Positions 57,001 to 64,000 of a DNA stretch of 64,000 bases are shown one piece after another (the first letter of the stretch is position 1; each line of letters opens with the position of its first letter). Below the pieces are notes generated by a model, which saw only the letters and a program-made list of their open reading frames with translations, was not told the origin of the DNA and made no database searches. The DNA is from Polyangiales bacterium. GTDB taxonomy: Bacteria > Myxococcota_A > Polyangia > Polyangiales > Ga0077539. A program made the translations under genes and the position numbers. The stretch is from contig JBGARZ010000023.1 of the NCBI GenBank assembly GCA_044229975.1, positions 32,001 to 96,000 on the forward strand, read 5' to 3'.

Positions 57001-57452
57001 CGTCGCCCGGAGGTGTCCTCGATCACGTATTGGAACACCCAGCCGACGCCGGTCGCGTCGGGTCCGAGGATGGGTGCGACGTCCGGGGGCAGGAGCCGCT
57101 GCACGCGCCCGAGCTGCTCGAGGACCCGGGTGCGCGCCCAGTAGATGTCGGTGTCGTCCTCGAAGATCACGTAGATGAAGCTCATCCCGAACATCGAGTA
57201 GCCGCGCACCGTCCGGGCGTGGGGCGTGCTCTGGAGCGCGCGCACGAGGGGGTAGGTGATCTGGTCCTCGACGAGGTCGGGGCTCCGGCCCATCCAGTCG
57301 GTGAACACGATGACCTGCGGATCGGAGAGGTCTGGGATCGCGTCGAGGGGCGTCCGCCTCATGGCGGTGACGGCCCACACGACGAGGAGGGCCATCACGC
57401 CGAAGACGACCCACGGGCGCTTCGCGGACAGCTCGATGATGCGCTCGACCAC
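54006..57452 (-). CDS. cusA: CusA-type HME-RND permease
   Basis: PLDAIPDLSDPQVIV, VEDQITYPL, LGPDATGVGW, RIDMLTTG. Confidence 0.92.
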   Translation of the reverse strand: MVERIIELSAKRPWVVFGVMALLVVWAVTAMRRTPLDAIPDLSDPQVIVFTDWMGRSPDLVEDQITYPLVRALQSTPHARTVRGYSMFGMSFIYVIFEDDTDIYWARTRVLEQLGRVQRLLPPDVAPILGPDATGVGWVFQYVIEDTSGRRDLAQLRELQDFTIRPTLQAVSGVAEVATVGGFERQYQIVLDPNRLAAYGLSLADVTRAARDANSEVGARVLEVAGREYVLRGRGYVRTLADLEASVVSVGAGGNPIRLRDVARVQFGPEIRRGAADFDGRGEAVGGIVVMRIGSNALQVNDAIKAEIARLSLPEGVRLVPTYDRSHLIRGSVATLRNTLIQEGVIVALICLFFLFSARSAFVAVVVIPLAVLLTFIPTFHVGMSINIMSLAGIAIAVGELEDASTTFVENGARRLSLAAAGADRRRVILDALKEVGRPTFFSLLLVTVSFVPLLSLTGQAGRLFRPLVLTHTFATFAAALLSVTLVPPLMLLVMRGRFRRDDENPVSRVLTRMYRPVVRLAVRARWFVLLGAAALLAATVPVALRLGSEFMPPLDEGSLLVMPTTFPGISIEEARRALTAQDRIIRSFREVSSVHGKAGRAETATDPAQLDMIESVVVLRPTSAWPRRYTARWYSGGPEWLRVPLRWIWPEQRPRTLEELSRDLDAALRMPGYQMAIAPPIRTRIDMLTTGVRTPVGIKVFGPDLAEIERLSIALEGMLRGVPGTRSTFAERQTGREYIDVVPDREAIARYGLSVRDVHDVVEAAVGGMAVSTVIAGRSRFSINLRYAADYRADPDSLRRILIPVASSEPVGEAEAGGAGAGSSPAGNSAQGAMGGSGMGGGAGRTGMRVGAPGGASPAPAMGAPAASAPDPSDRWRPSGATVPLGAIADVRVVTGPPMIKDENGVLVGYVFADIDASQRDLGGWVSDARAVVARQLSLPPGYRLQWTGQYEFMAEMQARMAWVVPLTLLLVVFLLRRAMRGWAQTGLVLTSLPFALIGSVWLLHLRHYNVSTAVWVGLIAVIGTASETGILMVEFLDQAVSLRQKDKASLDVSDVDEAVVEGASSRVRPIVMSVASTVLGLLPLLWEAGPGADVSARIAAPVVGGLVSCLALTLLVLPAAYAVWRRGQIRRGGIDGPPETEGAAPA

Positions 57453-57463
57453 GGCGGCGGCTC

Positions 57464-58795
57464 CTAGTGGCCCGCGTGAGCCGAGCCCGGCGGTGGGCTC
57501 GGAGCGGGCTCGGGACGGGCGCCGCGATCGCTCGGTGTGGCGCCGGCCGCCGGCGGCGTCTGTCCGCCGTGGGCGTGACCCGTGCCGCCCCCCGAGGCGC
57601 GCAGACGGCTCTCCGAGTCGATCAGGAACACCCCCGAAGCAACGATCGACTCCCCTTCGCTCAGCCCCTCGCGCACCTCCACGCGGTCGTCGAGCCGGGT
57701 CCCCAGCGTGACGGCTCGGGGCACGAAGCGCCCGTCACTCCCGACGACGAAGACGTGCTGGGTCTCGCCGGTGTCCACGACGGCGTCCCGCGGGACCGTC
57801 AGCGCCCCGTGAGCGCTCACCTGGAAGTTGGCTTCACCGTAGAGGCCGGGGCGCAGGGAGCCGTCGTCGTTCGGGACCACGAAGCGCGCGCGCAAGGTCC
57901 GCGTGCGTTCGGTGAGGGTGGGGTAGAGGAAGTCGATTCGCGCCTCGAAGGGTGCCCGGCCCGAGGCCGCGAACTCGAGCCGCGCCGGCGTGTCCCGCTG
58001 AATCGCGGGGATGTCGCCTTCGGGGACCTCGGCCAGCACCCAGACGCGGGAGAGGTCCGCGATCGTGAGCAGCTCCGTCGAGGGGTCCACCGCGGTCCCG
58101 ACGGCGATCCCGCGGTGGAGCACCACGCCCGTGCGGGGAGCCACCACGGTGACGGTGCGCAGGGGGCGGCCCGTGCTCTCGACCTGGGCGAGCTCCGCCG
58201 CGGTCATCCCGAGCACCGCGAGGCGGCTGCGCGTGGCCGCGAGGAGGCCCTGCGTAGCCGCCGCAGTGGTCGGGTGGGCGAGGTTCTGGCGCAGCGCGAT
58301 GAGCTCGTTCTGCGAGGCCAGCAGCTCCTGCGAGAAGATGGCGGCGAGCGGTGCGCCGCGCGTGACGCGCTGCCCGGTGGTGTTGACGTAGAGCCGCTCG
58401 ATCCACCCCGCCACGCGGGTGTGAACGTGCGAGACCCGCGACTCGTCGAGCGCCACCGTCGCGACGGCGCGCACGGGCCGACCGATGTCCTCCCTCGCGA
58501 CGCGGGCGACGCGCACGCCGATCGCGTCGAGCTGCCCCCGGGGGACCGCCACCGGCACGCGCCCCGGTACGGTGTGGGCCGCGTGCGGATCGACGGCCTC
58601 GTTCCCGTCGAGGGCGAGTGGCGCGGCGGTGCGCCCTCCGGGCGGATTCGCCGGCGCCATCTCGTGGTGCAGCGAGAAGGGCCAGGCCCGGCGGAGGTGC
58701 TGCGTGATGAGCGACCCCACCATGAGGACGACCACGGCGAGCGTGGCCACCGAGAGCGTGCGCCATCCCCGCGCCACCAGCGGGTGAGCGATCAT
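57464..58795 (-). CDS. cusB: CusB-type membrane fusion protein
   Basis: GWIERLYVN, YPTLTERTRT, LRPGLY, FLIDSESRL; His-rich tail. Confidence 0.9.
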   Translation of the reverse strand: MIAHPLVARGWRTLSVATLAVVVLMVGSLITQHLRRAWPFSLHHEMAPANPPGGRTAAPLALDGNEAVDPHAAHTVPGRVPVAVPRGQLDAIGVRVARVAREDIGRPVRAVATVALDESRVSHVHTRVAGWIERLYVNTTGQRVTRGAPLAAIFSQELLASQNELIALRQNLAHPTTAAATQGLLAATRSRLAVLGMTAAELAQVESTGRPLRTVTVVAPRTGVVLHRGIAVGTAVDPSTELLTIADLSRVWVLAEVPEGDIPAIQRDTPARLEFAASGRAPFEARIDFLYPTLTERTRTLRARFVVPNDDGSLRPGLYGEANFQVSAHGALTVPRDAVVDTGETQHVFVVGSDGRFVPRAVTLGTRLDDRVEVREGLSEGESIVASGVFLIDSESRLRASGGGTGHAHGGQTPPAAGATPSDRGARPEPAPSPPPGSAHAGH

Positions 58796-60081
58796 CGCGG
58801 CCCGCCGCCGAAGCGCCCGACGGTGCGCTCCAGCCGTGCGCGGACGACGCCGACATCGACCTCCGCCATCACCCGCTCCTCCTGCGTCATGCGCAGCGAC
58901 ACGATGGCTTCGATCACCGCGACGAGCGGCGCCTGGCCGGCGGCGTAGGCCGCGATCGTCGCCCGCAGGGTCTGGACCGCCTGCGGCTCGACCTCGTCGC
59001 GCAGGGCGGCCGACCGCACGCGGGCGGCGTCGAGCGAGCCGAGGGCGGCGCGCACCTCGCCTTCGATCATCGTGCGCGCCCCGCGCAGCTCCGCGTCTGC
59101 CATCGTCCCCATGGCGCGGGCCTCGGCGACGCCCGCCGCGAGCCGCGCGCGCCAGATCGGAACGGTCACCCCCACCATCACCATCACCCCCGGGCCGTCG
59201 CTCATGGTGGTCGAGGCCCCCGCGCGCACGAAGGCCATCGGCGCGTACATCGCGCGCATCGCCTCGACCTCCGAGCCGTACTGGCGCCGCGAGGCCTCGA
59301 CCGACGCGAGCTCGGGCCGCGAGCGCAGGGCCTCGGCGACCAGCGCCTCCGCGGCCGCCGGGGGCTCGTCGGCCGCGGCGGCGAGCTCCGGCACCGGGAG
59401 GTCGCCCGCGCGGCCGAGGGCGGCGTTGAGCATCGCCTCGGCGGCGACCGTCTGGCCCCGCAGCGCGGCCCGCCGGGTGGCCTGCCGGCGCGTCTCCGTG
59501 TCGGCGCGCAGGACGTCCGACTGCGGCGCCGCGCCAGCGGCGTAGCGCGCGGTGGCGATGCGGGTGAGGTCCCCGGCGAGCGCGACCTGGGCGTCGAGCA
59601 CCGCGGCCATCCGACGCAGGCCCGCGAGCATGTGGAAGGCCCGGAGCGCCTCCGCCGTCACGTCGAGCACGGTCTCGCCCGCCCGCAGGCGTCGCGCGTC
59701 GGCGGCGGACTGGGCCGCGCGCCGACGGGCGCCCAGGACGCCGGAGAGCGGGAACTCCTGCTGCACCATCACGCTCCCGTCGAAGCCCATGCCGGAGAAG
59801 GGGATGTGGTCCGCCGACACCATCACCATGGGGTCGGGCAGCGATCCGACGATGGCCGGTCGCTGTCCGAGCGCCCGCGCCTCGGCCAGCGCGGCCGTGA
59901 TCTCCGCCCGGTGCGCGCCCGCGTATTGGACCACGCCGACGACATCGAGCGGGCTCGGCAGCGTGTCGCGAGGCTGGCCGTGGGCGCCCTCCGTCGCGAG
60001 GAGCGTGATCACCGCGGCGATGAGTCCGGCCCACGCCGTCGCGACGCGCCGATCACGGGCGCCTTGAGGTTGGCCATTCAC
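58792..60081 (-). CDS. TolC-family outer-membrane factor of the cus system
   Basis: GGAGG RBS before GTG; signal peptide; LPDPM, QQEFP, VPIW. Confidence 0.85.
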   Translation of the reverse strand: MNGQPQGARDRRVATAWAGLIAAVITLLATEGAHGQPRDTLPSPLDVVGVVQYAGAHRAEITAALAEARALGQRPAIVGSLPDPMVMVSADHIPFSGMGFDGSVMVQQEFPLSGVLGARRRAAQSAADARRLRAGETVLDVTAEALRAFHMLAGLRRMAAVLDAQVALAGDLTRIATARYAAGAAPQSDVLRADTETRRQATRRAALRGQTVAAEAMLNAALGRAGDLPVPELAAAADEPPAAAEALVAEALRSRPELASVEASRRQYGSEVEAMRAMYAPMAFVRAGASTTMSDGPGVMVMVGVTVPIWRARLAAGVAEARAMGTMADAELRGARTMIEGEVRAALGSLDAARVRSAALRDEVEPQAVQTLRATIAAYAAGQAPLVAVIEAIVSLRMTQEERVMAEVDVGVVRARLERTVGRFGGGPR

Positions 60082-60310
60082 GGGAGATCCTCCCTCGAGC
60101 GTTCGATGGGGATCACTCCCCCGCGTTGCGCCGATGACGTCCCCTTGAGCAACCCACGCGCCACGTCCATGGGCGCGGAGGAATCGGTGGAACTTCGCCT
60201 GCCCGGAACTCGATCTCGGTGTCCGGCGCACAAGCTGCGCTCGGGCGAACGGATTGCACCATCGACGACCGCCGGACGTCCGCTCGGGCGCGGGGCGGAG
60301 ATTCGCGCGG

Positions 60311-60336
60311 TGTAATGCCGATGGCACTGGTCCGTC
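60311..60336 (+). promoter_or_regulatory. ECF-type promoter TGTAAT-N16-CGTC upstream of the second Cu ATPase
   Basis: tgtaat-gccgatggcactggtc-cgtc. Confidence 0.75.
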
Positions 60337-60431
60337 TGCGGCTCCAGAGACGGAAGCCGGTGACAGATCGCAGCGACGGGGCACGCCGCCTGCTCTGCGG
60401 ACTGCCGGGCGACCGCCCCGCGAGGCACTCC

Positions 60432-62810
<2,379 letters not shown>

Positions 62811-62822
62811 GGTCGATGCGGC

Positions 62823-62848
62823 TGTAAGGCACCGAGGGGGCCTGCGTC
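62823..62848 (+). promoter_or_regulatory. ECF-type promoter TGTAAG-N16-CGTC upstream of copZ
   Basis: tgtaag-gcaccgagggggcctg-cgtc. Confidence 0.7.
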
Positions 62849-62896
62849 TGCCTTGATGCGAGCCAAAGCAACGCGGCCCGCAGGAGCGACGAAACC

Positions 62897-63121
62897 ATGA
62901 ACTCCAACGAGACCCTGCTCGACGTCCGCGGCATGAACTGCGGCTCGTGCGTCCGCCACATTTCCCAGGCACTCGACGCGCTCGACGGCGTCGAGGAGGT
63001 CCACCCCTCGCTGCCCGACAAGACCGTCCGCGTCCGGCACGACCCGGCGCGGGTGAGCGCCGAGCAGCTCGCCGGCGCGCTGACCGCGAAGGGCTACCCC
63101 GCCGCCGCGCGCGCCGCGTGA
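62897..63121 (+). CDS. copZ: CopZ-like HMA copper chaperone
   Basis: GMNCGSC HMA motif, terminal GY; AGGAG RBS. Confidence 0.92.
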   Translation: MNSNETLLDVRGMNCGSCVRHISQALDALDGVEEVHPSLPDKTVRVRHDPARVSAEQLAGALTAKGYPAAARAA

Positions 63122-63181
63122 ATCGACCCCGGCCGGGTCACAGGTCGGCCGCGCAGCCGTAGAGCCTGAGCCCGCTTCGGC

Positions 63182-63207
63182 TGTAATCCCCACCCACCAC
63201 GCGCGTC
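63182..63207 (+). promoter_or_regulatory. ECF-type promoter TGTAAT-N16-CGTC upstream of the lipoprotein-TolC operon
   Basis: tgtaat-ccccacccaccacgcg-cgtc. Confidence 0.75.
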
Positions 63208-63223
63208 TGCCGCGACGAAGCCC

Positions 63224-63484
63224 ATGAACCTCCTGATCCCACGCGTTCTCATCCTGGTCAGTGCGACCGCCCTCCCGCTCGGGTGCGGGGGCCGCGAGGT
63301 CCCTGTGCGCTTCGCCGAGCAGTCGGCGCTCTCCTCGGGCGCGCGCGAGGCGCCGGTTGGCGACCCCACGGTGGCCCTCACGGGCGACCCGCCCCTCCCG
63401 GGCGAGCCCACCGGGGCCTGGACCGGCCTCGCCGCGGACGCGGGTGCTCCCCCGACCGGAGGAGGCCACGTCCATGCGCACTGA
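63224..63484 (+). CDS. Small lipoprotein with C-terminal HVHAH
   Basis: Lipobox-like PLGC; overlaps the start of the next gene. Confidence 0.7.
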   Translation: MNLLIPRVLILVSATALPLGCGGREVPVRFAEQSALSSGAREAPVGDPTVALTGDPPLPGEPTGAWTGLAADAGAPPTGGGHVHAH

Positions 63485-64000
63485 GCGCCTCCTGCCGGCC
63501 GCGCTAGCGCTGCTGCTGCCGCTCACCGGATGCGCGACGACGTCGTTCTCGTCCGACCTGCGGCGCGTCGAGCAGCTCTCCGGCGCGTCCATCCCCCTAC
63601 GCGTCGCGGACGGCCCCCCCGAGGATCACGACCCGGCCGTCACGCGGGAGGTCCTCGCCCGCCCGCTCACGGCCGACGCCGCGGTGGGGATCGCGTTACG
63701 CAACAACCGCCACCTGCGCGCGTCGCTGCGGGACCTCGGCGTGGCGCGCGGCTGGCTCGCCCAGGCCGGCACGCTCCCCAACCCGGCGGTCGAGTTCGAC
63801 GTGCGCTACCAGACCGACCGCTCGCAGCCCCTGCAGGGCGACGTGCGCCTGGAGTTCGGGCTGACGCGGGCGATCCTCACGACGCAGCGGGCGGGCCTCG
63901 CCCGGGCGGAGCTGGAGACGGCGCAGGCGCGCGTCGCGGGGACGGTGCTGGAGACGGGCTACGCGGTGCGCGCGGCCTTCTACGCGGTGCAGGCCTCCGA
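63474..64000 (+). CDS. TolC-family lipoprotein, 5' part (runs off window)
   Basis: GGAGG RBS; LTGC lipobox; PLTADAAV.IALRNN..L; QAGTLPNP. Confidence 0.85.
   Translation, partial: MRTERLLPAALALLLPLTGCATTSFSSDLRRVEQLSGASIPLRVADGPPEDHDPAVTREVLARPLTADAAVGIALRNNRHLRASLRDLGVARGWLAQAGTLPNPAVEFDVRYQTDRSQPLQGDVRLEFGLTRAILTTQRAGLARAELETAQARVAGTVLETGYAVRAAFYAVQAS

Noticed and set aside
57464..60034. 856-aa MFP, and similar extensions at 27998-30349, 39535-41544, 9925-12033 and 47831-50089
   Set aside because: Stop-poor GC-rich frames overlapping upstream genes or non-coding DNA; the real starts overlap upstream stops or have their own RBS
60233..60258. TGCAAT on the minus strand as the cusCBA promoter
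   Set aside because: The -10 position reads AGCT, not CGTC; too weak to call

Overview
Very GC-rich bacterial DNA, most likely myxobacterial (inferred from MYXO-CTERM-like sorting tails and a CorE-type sigma factor). It has three parts. (1) 1-7.3 kb: the end of a bestrophin gene, two small secreted His-rich peptides, a decayed transposase-like remnant, and a tandem array of secreted Asp-box (BNR) propeller paralogs with a 14-Cys/His periodic peptide among them. (2) 7.3-19.8 kb: a plasmid-like replication and partition backbone. It holds an intact parA / RHH-type partner / putative Rep-HTH operon with an iteron origin, a divergent protein with two AEP primase-like domains (one catalytically degenerate) and a PriCT-like region, two older decayed rep+origin modules forming a diverged ~310-bp inverted repeat, and scrambled P1B-ATPase fragments. 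(3) 20-64 kb: a large heavy-metal island with three complete HME-RND tripartite pumps, three intact P1B ATPases, copZ, a cupredoxin, a Tat-exported ChrC-like SOD, nadE, two ArsR regulators, a BlaI/CopY-M56 pair and two ECF sigma factors. A TGTAAK-N16-CGTC promoter motif precedes five copper genes and probably marks the CorE-like regulon. No rRNA, tRNA or CRISPR array was seen. All calls come from reading motifs by eye; no database searches were run.
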